This document shows positions 1 through 9,715 of a stretch of DNA of 64,000 nucleotides, one piece after another; position 1 is the first letter of the stretch; the number at the start of each line of letters is the position of its first letter. Origin of the DNA: an uncultured Candidatus Saccharibacteria bacterium (GTDB lineage Bacteria > Patescibacteriota > Minisyncoccia > Phycocordibacterales > PALSA-1337); assembly GCA_964529025.1 (NCBI GenBank), contig CAZGUZ010000001.1:70163-134162 (forward strand), given 5' to 3'. A program made the position numbers and the translations under genes. The notes beneath the pieces were generated by a model. That model was given only the letters and a program-made list of their open reading frames with translations, was not told the origin of the DNA and did no database searches.

Positions 1-1018
1 AGGCTTTAGTAATTTCAATGAATGGTTCAACATCTCTTCCAGGCTTCATCACATTAGGAAACTTTGTTCCACTCTTAATACTTGCTCCGGCCCCAGTATC
101 AGGATCTGTTAAGTAACACGAGCCAACATTCTTACCAAAAGCAGACTCTTGCATTAGGATTGCCAAAAGGAATGCTGGCCGAATACCAGTTTTCTGTGCT
201 GCTTCGTTTGCAAAAGCCAAAGCTTGTTCGAATGGAATTGCGGCTGTATCGCGCAAAGAAAAGAGTGCCGCGCGAATCTCGGCAGCTTTTGCTCGCTTTT
301 CAGCGGCAATTTGTGAATAGAGCATTTCACTATTCTTACTTGCGGCAAGGAGACGCTTTTTTTCGGCCTCGGCAGATTCAATTTTCTTTTTTTGTTCAGC
401 AATAACGGCTCTGGCATCGATCTCTTGATTCTTCTTTTTGTCGAGTGCTTGTTTTTCTGTTTCTGTCTGTGATCGAGCATCGCGAATATCTGCAAAGGTT
501 GCAGCGAGTGAATCTTCTATCATTTCAAAGTCGTCAATATCAGCAAAAAACTGAGTTAGTGACACTCTACTAAGTACGACTTCTGGCAAGCTGTACGTAT
601 CAAATTCATTTCTTTTGCGTAAGAGTTCTGCAAGAGATTCTTGCCCCCTTTCTATACGCTCATTAAGTTCACCTATATGCTCATTCTTAGTATTTATATC
701 TTTACCTAGAGTAGCAATAACCAAGTTTTTAGCTTGAATCTTAAGTTGGGCAGACTTAATTTCGGCATTGAGAATACGAATATCTCGATCCAAAGAAGCC
801 GATTCATTTTTAGCAGAAGCTAGAGCAGCTTCAGTTTCTTTAACTTCGCGCTCAACATTTGCCAATTCTTGTTTGAGGCGAGCCTCGCGCTCAACGGTAG
901 TTTCAGCATGTACAACGTGCGGAGCAAACAAAAAATCTGCCCCTACCACACAACCCAGAATAAATATGGTGGCAGCGCAATGCATTATAATTTTTTGGTA
1001 CAAACTGCCCTGTGACAT
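1..1018 (-). CDS. Secreted coiled-coil protein with lytic transglycosylase-like domain (partial, runs off window start; not in ORF track)
   Basis: Manual translation from ATG 1018: hydrophobic N-terminus ending VVHA, long coiled coil (ETTVEREARLKQELANVERE...), then IPFEQALAFANEAAQKTGIRPAFLLAILMQESAFGKNVG, an SLT-like LAILxxES motif. Frame is open to base 2. Confidence 0.75.
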   Translation of the reverse strand, partial: MSQGSLYQKIIMHCAATIFILGCVVGADFLFAPHVVHAETTVEREARLKQELANVEREVKETEAALASAKNESASLDRDIRILNAEIKSAQLKIQAKNLVIATLGKDINTKNEHIGELNERIERGQESLAELLRKRNEFDTYSLPEVVLSRVSLTQFFADIDDFEMIEDSLAATFADIRDARSQTETEKQALDKKKNQEIDARAVIAEQKKKIESAEAEKKRLLAASKNSEMLYSQIAAEKRAKAAEIRAALFSLRDTAAIPFEQALAFANEAAQKTGIRPAFLLAILMQESAFGKNVGSCYLTDPDTGAGASIKSGTKFPNVMKPGRDVEPFIEITKA

Positions 1019-1083
1019 GCGTATAGTATACCAAAATAAAAACCGGCTTGCGCCAGTTTTTATCATTGAACAACACTTTTGTA

Positions 1084-1731
1084 TTATTCTTTAGCATCTC
1101 CTTCACCAGGAGCTGGTTCTTCTTTACCTTTCTTTTCAACTTCGATAGCCGACATGTCGATAGCTGTAGGAGCTTCTTCGACTTCTTCCTTAGCAACAGC
1201 GATAGAAGCAACAATTTCATCAGCATCAGTAGCAAGCTCTACTCCAGATGGGAGTTTGATATCACCTGCCTTAATAACACTTGTAAGATCTGTAAGAAGT
1301 GCAATGTCGACAGCAATTTCTCGAGGAAGATCTTTTGGCATAGCCTTGATCTTAAGATCATGAGCCACCTTAACAAGAATACCTCCAAGATCCTTAACTG
1401 CAGGAGAAACGTTAACGAATGTTACAGGAACATCCACAGTAAGCTTCTTACCCTTTTCAATAACGTAGAAGTCTACGTGTCGAACTGCATCTGTTAGAGG
1501 GTGAAAATCGATGTCATGAATAAGAACATCGTGCTCCTCGCCGCCAACCTTAAGACTAATAATTGATGACTCACCTGCTTTTTTCCAAACCTTAGTAAAT
1601 TCTACCTGAGAAACAGCAACTGAAGTTGATGGTTCTTTTGGACCATAGAATACAGCAGGAATAAAGCCCTTTTTATTAAGCGCCTCTACTGAATCTGCTG
1701 GAGTTCTTTTTTCGACATTAAGCGTATACAT
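1084..1731 (-). CDS. rplY: 50S ribosomal protein L25/CTC
   Basis: IPAVFYG, HVDFY and CTC-type C-terminal domain with acidic tail. Confidence 0.95.
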   Translation of the reverse strand: MYTLNVEKRTPADSVEALNKKGFIPAVFYGPKEPSTSVAVSQVEFTKVWKKAGESSIISLKVGGEEHDVLIHDIDFHPLTDAVRHVDFYVIEKGKKLTVDVPVTFVNVSPAVKDLGGILVKVAHDLKIKAMPKDLPREIAVDIALLTDLTSVIKAGDIKLPSGVELATDADEIVASIAVAKEEVEEAPTAIDMSAIEVEKKGKEEPAPGEGDAKE

Positions 1732-1805
1732 ACCAGAACAGTCTACTGATTTCTACAAAAAAAGCAAGGGTTTTGAGCTTTTTACACCCAAAACTCACAA
1801 TTACC

Positions 1806-2012
1806 TTACAAGATAAATGTAAATACAACGATAATTGTTAGAACGACTGCCGCAAGAGCGATACCCAAAAGAAACATATTAGCCTGAGCATCATCTTTAG
1901 CAATACCACGAGCAACAAGGAAACGACCAAAAGCAGAAGAATTAGCTTGCTGTACCTGCTGTTGATACGCCTGATTCATCATTGCATTCTCTTCATTAAA
2001 TTCAATTCCCAT
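1806..2012 (-). CDS. Small hypothetical membrane protein
   Basis: 68 aa, single C-terminal hydrophobic helix, fills the gap between genes. Confidence 0.7.
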   Translation of the reverse strand: MGIEFNEENAMMNQAYQQQVQQANSSAFGRFLVARGIAKDDAQANMFLLGIALAAVVLTIIVVFTFIL

Positions 2013-2062
2013 ATATAGTTAATTAAATAATACGTAATAAGTATATCACACAAGGGTACTGC

Positions 2063-3031
2063 CTAGTAAACAGGGTTTTTTGGAGCTCGTCCTGCTAATA
2101 CCTCTACAATATTTGTCGCTGATAATCGAGCCATATCGAGTCGAGCTTCTTCGGTTGCTGAAGCAATATGTGGAGTGAGGATTACATTCGACAAGTCGGC
2201 AAGGCCTGGAGTAAGCTTTGGTTCAAATTCAAATACATCAAGTCCTGCTCCTGCTATTACATTGTTCTTCAAAGCCTCTACAAGAGCTGTCTCGTCAATT
2301 ACAGGGCCACGTGATGTGTTAATAAGGTAAGCAGTCTTTTTCATCAGTGCCAAACGCCCTGCATTCATAAGGTGATGTGTTGCTTCCATCAAAGGTACAT
2401 GGATCGACACGACATCTGAAATCTTAAGAACTTCTTCTACCGTTGCGCAAAACTGTGCTCCATAGTTTTTCTCAAGGTCTTCATTACGCTTAATATCGTA
2501 GTAAGCAACCTTCATACCAAAGCCGTGCCATGCTTTATGAGCAACCTCGGCTCCAATACGGCCGGTTCCGACAATACCTAAAGTTCCTCCATTTAATTTA
2601 CTTCCATGCAAAAGCATGGGATCCCAACCGACATATTTACCTGTTCGAATATATGAATCACCTTCTACAACTCGACACGTAAGACCAAGAATAAGTGCCC
2701 ATGTATGTTCTGCCACTCTGTCTGCCCCGCCACCTGGAGTGTTAGTCAAAAATACTCCACGCTTTTTTGCTGCTTCTACTGAAAAATTATTAAAACCAAT
2801 TGCATAGTTAGCAAATATTTTTACACTTGGTGCAGCTGCCAAAACTTCTTCATCAATTGAATCAGTAAGTAACGACAAGACAGCATCGTACTGTGTGTCT
2901 GACAAAGCCTTAATGAGCTCGGCTTTTGTTAAAGGTCGAGGAAGTTTATTTATTTCAACTGTATGCCCTGCTTGAGTAAGAATATCGATACCAATTTGTG
3001 GAATCTCGCGAGTTATATAAACTTTTGACAT
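2063..3031 (-). CDS. D-2-hydroxyacid dehydrogenase (glyoxylate reductase / D-glycerate dehydrogenase family)
   Basis: GIVGTGRIG, INTSRGPVIDE, AGLDVFEFEP and TPHIAS motifs. Start set at MSKV. Confidence 0.92.
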   Translation of the reverse strand: MSKVYITREIPQIGIDILTQAGHTVEINKLPRPLTKAELIKALSDTQYDAVLSLLTDSIDEEVLAAAPSVKIFANYAIGFNNFSVEAAKKRGVFLTNTPGGGADRVAEHTWALILGLTCRVVEGDSYIRTGKYVGWDPMLLHGSKLNGGTLGIVGTGRIGAEVAHKAWHGFGMKVAYYDIKRNEDLEKNYGAQFCATVEEVLKISDVVSIHVPLMEATHHLMNAGRLALMKKTAYLINTSRGPVIDETALVEALKNNVIAGAGLDVFEFEPKLTPGLADLSNVILTPHIASATEEARLDMARLSATNIVEVLAGRAPKNPVY

Positions 3032-3032
3032 A

Positions 3033-3917
3033 TTAAGCATTCATAAAAACTAATAATTTTTTCTTTACAACCTCTTTCATTGCATCGCGTGCAGCTTTCA
3101 TGTATTTATAGGGAGCAACTTCATCAGGATTTTCTTGAAGGTATTTAATGAGCCCCTGCTTAAATGCAACACGGAGTTCGGTATTTACGTGCACAATTCG
3201 AACACCAGCTTTTATACACTCTTTAATTTCTGCATCAGAATTACCCGAAGCCCCATGAAGCACTAGTGGAACCTTTGTTGCTAAACTAATTTCTTGCACA
3301 CGCTGTGGGTTTAAAGCAGGATCAACTCCACCCTTAAGCATACCGTGGATATTACCAACAGCAGGAGCAAGCATGTCAGCACCTGTCTCTTGAATAAACT
3401 TTTGTGCTTCACTTGGGTCAGTTAAAAATTCATCAGTAAGCTTAACATTGTCTGGTATACCTTCGAGGACCTTTGAAGACTTACCGATAAAACCCAGCTC
3501 TGCTTCTAAGAGCATTGTTGGTCTAACTTTTGTAATGTATTCTTTGCATTTTTGAGTTTCTGCAACATTCGAAGCAAAAGGCAGTTCGGTTCCATCAAAA
3601 ATTACTGCATCGTAGCCTGCATCTACCACTTCTTTAACCCGTTCAAAAGAATAGGTATGATCAGCATTTAAAAATAGAGGTATATTATATTTTTCACGAG
3701 CACTGCGCACCATAAGCGCAACGGCTTCTACTCCAATACAATCTCTTTCGCCTTCTGATACGCCAATGATTACAGGAATTTTATGTCCGAGTTCTGCTTC
3801 AAGTTCTTGTGAAGCATGTACAACAGCCCAAAAGCCATCGGAGTTTGAAATATTAAAGTGACCGATAGCATTACCCTGTTTTTCTGCTAATTTCAGATAT
3901 TCTTGTATGGTGTTCAT
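3033..3917 (-). CDS. fba: Class II fructose-bisphosphate aldolase
   Basis: NADH, EAELG, GNIHG, LVLHGASG and NTELR motifs. Confidence 0.92.
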   Translation of the reverse strand: MNTIQEYLKLAEKQGNAIGHFNISNSDGFWAVVHASQELEAELGHKIPVIIGVSEGERDCIGVEAVALMVRSAREKYNIPLFLNADHTYSFERVKEVVDAGYDAVIFDGTELPFASNVAETQKCKEYITKVRPTMLLEAELGFIGKSSKVLEGIPDNVKLTDEFLTDPSEAQKFIQETGADMLAPAVGNIHGMLKGGVDPALNPQRVQEISLATKVPLVLHGASGNSDAEIKECIKAGVRIVHVNTELRVAFKQGLIKYLQENPDEVAPYKYMKAARDAMKEVVKKKLLVFMNA

Positions 3918-3969
3918 AACACTAGTGTACCATTTGCTGTATACTTATGTCATACGAACATCCACACTT

Positions 3970-5028
3970 ATGATTCTTTTATCTTCTCTATTCTCTAAAA
4001 AATTCGACGTTGTCACAATTGGCGATATAACTGTAGATACATTTATTCGCCTCAAAGAAGCCGAGGTTCATTGCAACGTTAATCCCGAAGATTGCACCCT
4101 ATCGGTAAAATTTGGTGACAAAATTCCTTACGAAGAAGCCTACAATATTCCCGGAGTAGGAAATAGCGCCAATGCAGCAGTGGCATTTTCGAAATTAGGA
4201 CTCCACACTGCTTTTATTGGTAACATCGGTGATGATACTAATGGCGATGATTGTATTGAAGCTTTGCGCAAGCAGCAGGTTCGTACGCCCTATGTGGTTC
4301 GCCATCATGGCCGTGCAACAAATCATCATTATGTACTTTGGTACGGAGCCGAAAGAACAATACTCGTAAAGCATCAAACATACCCTTATTCTTTACCCGA
4401 AGAACTTATTACACAGTCTTCACACAAAATTCCTTCATGGGTGTATTTAAGTTCGCTCGGAGCATCTTCTGAGTCTTTCCATCATGACATTGCAGAATGG
4501 CTTGAAATGTACCCGACAATTAAAGTTGCTTTTCAGCCTGGAACTTTTCAGATGCGACTCGGTACTGAAAAGCTCAAGAAAATATATGCACGTACCCATG
4601 TTTTTGTGGTAAACGTCGAAGAAGCGGGCAGAATTCTTAATCTTCACTCAGCCAAGATTTCTGTTTTACTTAAAGGTTTGGCACAGCTTGGTCCTAAAAT
4701 CGTCTGCATTACCGATGGCCCTAAAGGAGCCTATATGTACGACACTACAAGCCCTGAGGCAGTCCAGAAAATGTATTTTATGCCACCCTATCCAGACCAA
4801 GGAGAGCCTTATGAAAGAACTGGCTGTGGCGATGCTTTTGCTTCAACCTTCGTGGCAGCCCTAGCGCTCGGAAAAACCCCGCTAGAAGCTCTTATATGGG
4901 CGCCTATTAACCCAATGTCAGTCGTATTGTCAGTTGGTGCTCAAAAGGGTCTTTTGAATGCTCAAGAAATTGAAAGCTGGATTGCGCGCAAACCTGAGTC
5001 TTATAAACCTATAGAACTTTCAGAATAG
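3970..5028 (+). CDS. PfkB-family carbohydrate kinase
   Basis: GNSANAAVAFSKLG and ERTGCGDAFAS signatures. Start moved to 3970 to avoid overlapping fba. Confidence 0.9.
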   Translation: MILLSSLFSKKFDVVTIGDITVDTFIRLKEAEVHCNVNPEDCTLSVKFGDKIPYEEAYNIPGVGNSANAAVAFSKLGLHTAFIGNIGDDTNGDDCIEALRKQQVRTPYVVRHHGRATNHHYVLWYGAERTILVKHQTYPYSLPEELITQSSHKIPSWVYLSSLGASSESFHHDIAEWLEMYPTIKVAFQPGTFQMRLGTEKLKKIYARTHVFVVNVEEAGRILNLHSAKISVLLKGLAQLGPKIVCITDGPKGAYMYDTTSPEAVQKMYFMPPYPDQGEPYERTGCGDAFASTFVAALALGKTPLEALIWAPINPMSVVLSVGAQKGLLNAQEIESWIARKPESYKPIELSE

Positions 5029-6257
5029 AAATCTGCTAAGAATTTCTTTTTGAATTCTGTATACGTACCATCAAGGAGCGATAATCGTATTTTTTCGACG
5101 AGTGAAATTATAAAGTGTAGGTTATGAATTGAAGCAAGTGTTGCTGCAAGCATTTCATGCGATCTAAATAAATGAGCTAAATAAGCAGCTGTATACTTTT
5201 GAGCAACTGGACTATTAGATGTCGCGTCGAAAGATTCGAGTAATTGGGCAAACTCAGCATTGCGGATATTAATCTTTCCTCGGTTGGTATACAGAGTGCC
5301 ATTTCGCGCAATGCGAGTTGGAGCAACACAATCAAAGGTGTCGACACCATTTTCAATAGCACCAAAAATATCAATTGGCTCGCCAATTCCTAAAAGGTGC
5401 CGTGGTTTATTCTCTGGTAATTCTGAGCAAACCCAGCCTACAGCAGTATCGATATCTTTTTTAGTGAATGAACCACCAATGCCGAAGCCATCGAAAGGCA
5501 TACTTCCAAGGTGACGCGCACACATGCGGCGCAAGTCTTCATGCTGACCGCCCTGCACTACTCCGAAAAGCATTTGATTTTTAGAGTTATTTGCCAAATG
5601 TCTATCAAGAGATCTTTGAGCCCAGCGATGCGTTCTTTCTACTGCTTGTAATTGATATTCATGTGGCGCCATTGGCGAAGTACACTCATCGAAAGCAAAG
5701 AAAATGTCTGCACCGAGCGCATGCTGAATATCCATTGAAAGCTCCGGAGTAAAGCGATGGCGTGATCCATCAATGTGTGACTTAAATGTCACACCATCTT
5801 CATCAATATCAACAAGTGATCCTTGGCCATTACTTTCGCGACCATCATTATCTATCGCCTCATTAAGATCAGCTGCTTTTGTGGTAGCAACCTTGGATAC
5901 ACCTTTACCATATGCTTGCCCTAAAGAAAAAACCTGAAAACCACCTGAGTCAGTAAAAGTTGGGCCATTCCAATTCATAAACTTTCCAAAACCACCAGCT
6001 TGATCAACAAGCTTATGTCCTGGCTCAAGATATAAGTGATATGTATTAGCAAGCACTGCCTGTGCACCTGTAAGATGAATGTCTTCTACCGTAAGAGCTT
6101 TAACTGTAGCTTTTGTTCCCACCGCAATAAAAGCAGGAGTCTGTATATCACCATGTGGAGTTTTAATTGTTCCTACACGTGCTAAGCCAGTACGATATTC
6201 ATCACCTTTACCGCCTCCCTGTGGAAATTTCTTAATAAGTTCAAAGCCAGGCTTCAT
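5001..6257 (-). CDS. tgt: tRNA-guanine transglycosylase
   Basis: LANTYHL, TDSGGFQVFSL, FDEC, GVVQGG, KPRHLLGIG and DTFDCVAPTR motifs. Confidence 0.95.
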   Translation of the reverse strand: MKPGFELIKKFPQGGGKGDEYRTGLARVGTIKTPHGDIQTPAFIAVGTKATVKALTVEDIHLTGAQAVLANTYHLYLEPGHKLVDQAGGFGKFMNWNGPTFTDSGGFQVFSLGQAYGKGVSKVATTKAADLNEAIDNDGRESNGQGSLVDIDEDGVTFKSHIDGSRHRFTPELSMDIQHALGADIFFAFDECTSPMAPHEYQLQAVERTHRWAQRSLDRHLANNSKNQMLFGVVQGGQHEDLRRMCARHLGSMPFDGFGIGGSFTKKDIDTAVGWVCSELPENKPRHLLGIGEPIDIFGAIENGVDTFDCVAPTRIARNGTLYTNRGKINIRNAEFAQLLESFDATSNSPVAQKYTAAYLAHLFRSHEMLAATLASIHNLHFIISLVEKIRLSLLDGTYTEFKKKFLADFYSESSIGL

Positions 6258-6280
6258 ATGCGCATGATATACTAGTCTTT

Positions 6281-6964
6281 ATGGATGCACAATACTTTAA
6301 CGAACACGATATTCGAAAAAATCAGGTAGAAAGTCTTGCTCGAATTTTTCAAGAATTTAAAAATGGTTTTGATTTTATCAAACGTTATCCAAAGAGTGTT
6401 AGCATTATGGGCTCAGCGCGCTTTGCCGAAGACCATAAGTACTCGCTTATGGCCCGTGAACTTGCTCGACGAATTGCAAAAGAATGTGGCTATGCAGTTG
6501 TAACTGGTGGTGGCCCCGGAATTATGGAGGCAGCTAATCGTGGAGCGCATGAAGCTGGCGGAGTTTCTCTTGGTATTTCAATTAAATTACCTAAAGAACA
6601 ACATACGAATCCTTGGGTTGTTGAAAATATGGATTTTTCATATTTCTTTACCCGAAAGACAATTCTTACTTTTGCTGCAGAAGCATATGTAGTATTCCCT
6701 GGCGGCTATGGAACTTTCGATGAATTCTTTGAAGTACTTACCCTTATCCAAACAAAAAAGATCCCCGCTGTTCCAATAATTCTTATTGGCTCAGACTTTT
6801 GGACACCTCTTGTTACCTTTATTAAAGAGCACATGCTTGAAGAAGATAGAGCAATTAATCCTGAAGATCTTAAGCTCTACACGATCACCGATAATCTTGA
6901 TGAAGCAATAGATATTATTAAACGCGCACCGATTCAGAGGTGGTGGAAAAATATCGAGCGGTAA
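6281..6964 (+). CDS. LOG-family (TIGR00730-like) Rossmann-fold protein
   Basis: GSAR, TGGGPGIMEAANRGA and PGGYGTFDE motifs. Confidence 0.92.
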   Translation: MDAQYFNEHDIRKNQVESLARIFQEFKNGFDFIKRYPKSVSIMGSARFAEDHKYSLMARELARRIAKECGYAVVTGGGPGIMEAANRGAHEAGGVSLGISIKLPKEQHTNPWVVENMDFSYFFTRKTILTFAAEAYVVFPGGYGTFDEFFEVLTLIQTKKIPAVPIILIGSDFWTPLVTFIKEHMLEEDRAINPEDLKLYTITDNLDEAIDIIKRAPIQRWWKNIER

Positions 6965-8171
6965 CAAAAACCAAACCAGCAACAACCATGAGAACCCCGG
7001 CAACTAATACCGGGGTTTCTGGCGTAAATGTAATGACAACAAAGCCCGAAATTAAAGGTGGTATAGACTGGGCCAATGCTTGCACACTTGCATTGATACC
7101 TAAAATCTCACCCTGTATTGTCTTATCTGCTTTGCGAGAAATTAAACCATTTACATTCGCAAGCACAAGACCGTTAGCGACAGCAAACATTGCAGCTACT
7201 ATACGTAACTCAATAATTCCGTATACAAAGTAATGTGTAAACATAATTAGACCAGCCAGAACAAGTGATGTGCGAATAATCTTATAGTCCGAAACTCGTG
7301 TTGCTAAAAAGCGCGTAATTGTTACTTGGGTAATTACAATACAGATACCCAAAAAAGCTAAGTGCTTCCCTATTTGTGCTTCTGTCATCATAAACCTATC
7401 AACAAGAAAGACTCCAAAGAAAGACGTAAAGAAAGCAAAACTAGCTTGATAAATAAAGTTTGTTGCAAATATTCCTCTAAAACCTGGGAAAGTTGCGGCG
7501 CGTGCAAGATTTGCCAAAGACTTTCCCCATTCGAGTCTTGTCTTTTCTTGTGGAATATATGTTTCAGGTAATACAAACCACACGATAATTACATTAATGA
7601 GTGAAAGTATAGCAGCAAACCAAAATGGAACCGTTGGGCCAAACCAAGATACGATAGTGCTATCAACCAAGACTCCACCTAAAAATGGGCCGAGGATAAA
7701 GCCGAGCCCAAAAGCAGCTCCGATTAAACCAAAATTCTTTGCTCTGTCTTGTGGTAATGTACTGTCGGCAATTACCGCTTGTGCCACTGAAATGTTTCCT
7801 CCGGTTATTCCGTCAAAAAAACGTGACGCCATGAGTAACCACACACTCTTAATAACAACACCGATGCCAAAGACGACATATGATACGAGGGTTCCGAGCA
7901 AAGCAATTGCTAGGATTTTTTTGCGTCCATACATATCTGATAGCTGTCCCAAAATAGGTGTGGCCACAAACTGCCCAAGTGGATATGTTGCGGTAAGTAT
8001 GCCGAGCAAAACGTATCCCGTTTCGATTGATACTGAATTACCAAGTAAATAAAGTGACGAGTCTGGATTAGCAAATAGCTGCGGCAGAATTGGAATAAGA
8101 ATTCCAAAACCAAGCATATCTAGAAATATAGTAAAAAATATTATCGGCAGAATGAAGCGGCGATTTACCAT
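6918..8171 (-). CDS. MFS transporter, TetA/DHA1-like
   Basis: About 12 TM helices, LGQLSDMYGRK motif A, and GFILGPFLGG antiporter motif. Confidence 0.9.
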   Translation of the reverse strand: MVNRRFILPIIFFTIFLDMLGFGILIPILPQLFANPDSSLYLLGNSVSIETGYVLLGILTATYPLGQFVATPILGQLSDMYGRKKILAIALLGTLVSYVVFGIGVVIKSVWLLMASRFFDGITGGNISVAQAVIADSTLPQDRAKNFGLIGAAFGLGFILGPFLGGVLVDSTIVSWFGPTVPFWFAAILSLINVIIVWFVLPETYIPQEKTRLEWGKSLANLARAATFPGFRGIFATNFIYQASFAFFTSFFGVFLVDRFMMTEAQIGKHLAFLGICIVITQVTITRFLATRVSDYKIIRTSLVLAGLIMFTHYFVYGIIELRIVAAMFAVANGLVLANVNGLISRKADKTIQGEILGINASVQALAQSIPPLISGFVVITFTPETPVLVAGVLMVVAGLVFVTARYFSTTSESVRV

Positions 8172-8182
8172 AGGAAACTTTC

Positions 8183-8674
8183 TTAGTTAAGAGCAAAGAT
8201 AACAAACGTTATGATGAATACCACTGCCATAACAATATTCCCCGCAACGCCAGTTAAAGTACCGAGCACACCACCAATTGCTGCTTTCCAAGCTTTCTTA
8301 CTTTTATGATGCTGACTTAATTCAGTGATATATATACCAAGAAAGAAACCAAGAACACTACCAAAAATTGGAAGTGGAATTATAAAAGTTCCAACGATAA
8401 GTCCAAAAAAACCACCGAGGAGAGAAAGCATATTTGCTCCGCCATAACGTGCTCCAATTATTCCTGCACCAATGTCAAAAAGAATTGCTGCAATAACAAT
8501 GATTCCGAGAATTAAAAGATTGTTTACTGTGAGGAGTGAGAACGTGGTTGCAAAACCAAAGACAGCTGCAACAAAAAGCATATAGAGCAAACCTGGTACT
8601 CCAGGAATAAAAGCCGCAATAATGCCGGGGAGTAATAGTAAGGTAAAAAGTATTACAATAAGTTCATAATTCAT
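8183..8674 (-). CDS. DUF456-like membrane protein
   Basis: IPGVPG and GARYGG motifs; Gly-rich TM helices. Confidence 0.75.
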   Translation of the reverse strand: MNYELIVILFTLLLLPGIIAAFIPGVPGLLYMLFVAAVFGFATTFSLLTVNNLLILGIIVIAAILFDIGAGIIGARYGGANMLSLLGGFFGLIVGTFIIPLPIFGSVLGFFLGIYITELSQHHKSKKAWKAAIGGVLGTLTGVAGNIVMAVVFIITFVIFALN

Positions 8675-8688
8675 AGCTTATAGTTTAG

Positions 8689-8720
8689 CACAAAAAAACC
8701 GCGTGAGCGGTTTTTTTGTG
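8689..8720. terminator. Intrinsic terminator (bidirectional-type)
   Basis: CACAAAAAAACCGC-GTGA-GCGGTTTTTTTGTG perfect inverted repeat downstream of the RRM gene. Confidence 0.85.
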
Positions 8721-8734
8721 ACTTATAGGTCAAT

Positions 8735-9007
8735 TTAGGCGTCTCGTCGTGCTCGAGGCTCCATTGGGCGAGCTTCGTTAACTGTGAGATTTCGTCCATC
8801 GAGTGGCTTACCATGGAACATTTCAATTGCCTTCTGTGCTCCATCTTCTGATTTCATTTCAACGAATCCAAAGCCCTTTGATCGGCCTGACATTCGATCC
8901 ATGATGATCTGAGCAGATTCAACTTCTCCTGCTGCTTCAAAATGAGCTCGGAGAGCGTTATCATCTGTTGAATAAGGAATACCACCAACGTATAGCTTCT
9001 TTGCCAT
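8735..9007 (-). CDS. Single-RRM RNA-binding protein
   Basis: RNP2 LYVGGI, RNP1 KGFGFVEM and LTVNEARP. GAGGT Shine-Dalgarno-like sequence upstream. Confidence 0.93.
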   Translation of the reverse strand: MAKKLYVGGIPYSTDDNALRAHFEAAGEVESAQIIMDRMSGRSKGFGFVEMKSEDGAQKAIEMFHGKPLDGRNLTVNEARPMEPRARRDA

Positions 9008-9060
9008 AATTAATTACCTCGTCTTTGACTATTATTACCCGTAAGCGATCGAGAAACTTA

Positions 9061-9714
9061 CTAGGCTTTTAGTGTAGCATACTCAGGTACCACTTGTCTA
9101 TTGACTTCATAAAAAGCCTTGATAGCAGCAAAAAACTCTCGGAATGAATTCTTAAAATCTGAATAAGTACTATCGGTAGGTATTCCGTATGCATCTATGC
9201 CAACATTACGTGCAATATAGATAGAACGAGCGACGTGGAACTTTTGTGTCACAATGAGAGCCGAGTTAACACTATACACATTACGTGCTCGGTACATTGA
9301 GTGATATGTGTCGATACCCCCTTCGTCGGTAATAATGTCCACTTCGGGAATTCCGTAGTTTTTAAGATAGCTCACTACAGCATTCACCTCTTTTCTGCCA
9401 GCTTGAACACTATCAGCACTTACAAGAATCTTTTTTACAAATTTCTTTTCGTACAAAGAGATTGCACCGAGAGTTCTATCTTCAAGTGCCCTGCTGAGGC
9501 TTCCATTATTATATACCGATGCACCGAGAATAATTGCAACGTCTGCTTGAGGAGCCTGCTCGCGCTCACGTAAGTATGATGAAGCACTGATTCTAATGTA
9601 CATATTGATACACATAATAATTACAATGGTACCAAGCAAAAAAGCTCCGCCATACACTTGAAACTTATGGCACCATAGGCCAAAGCCAGTTTTTTGTTCA
9701 GTACTACCTTCCAT
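9061..9714 (-). CDS. SanA/YdcF/ElyC (DUF218) family protein
   Basis: N-terminal TM, IILGASV, LEDR, DTYHS and VTQKFHVAR motifs. Confidence 0.88.
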   Translation of the reverse strand: MEGSTEQKTGFGLWCHKFQVYGGAFLLGTIVIIMCINMYIRISASSYLREREQAPQADVAIILGASVYNNGSLSRALEDRTLGAISLYEKKFVKKILVSADSVQAGRKEVNAVVSYLKNYGIPEVDIITDEGGIDTYHSMYRARNVYSVNSALIVTQKFHVARSIYIARNVGIDAYGIPTDSTYSDFKNSFREFFAAIKAFYEVNRQVVPEYATLKA

Positions 9715-9715
9715 A

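Noticed and set aside
82-1497. Track ORFs 82-405, 154-495, 768-1094, 903-1235, 1048-1497 and 1079-1363
   Set aside because: Shadow or off-frame ORFs over rplY and the real minus-strand gene at 1-1018.
6918-8171. Tetracycline resistance gene call
   Set aside because: Family-level similarity only; no tetR or mobile context, so the substrate cannot be inferred.
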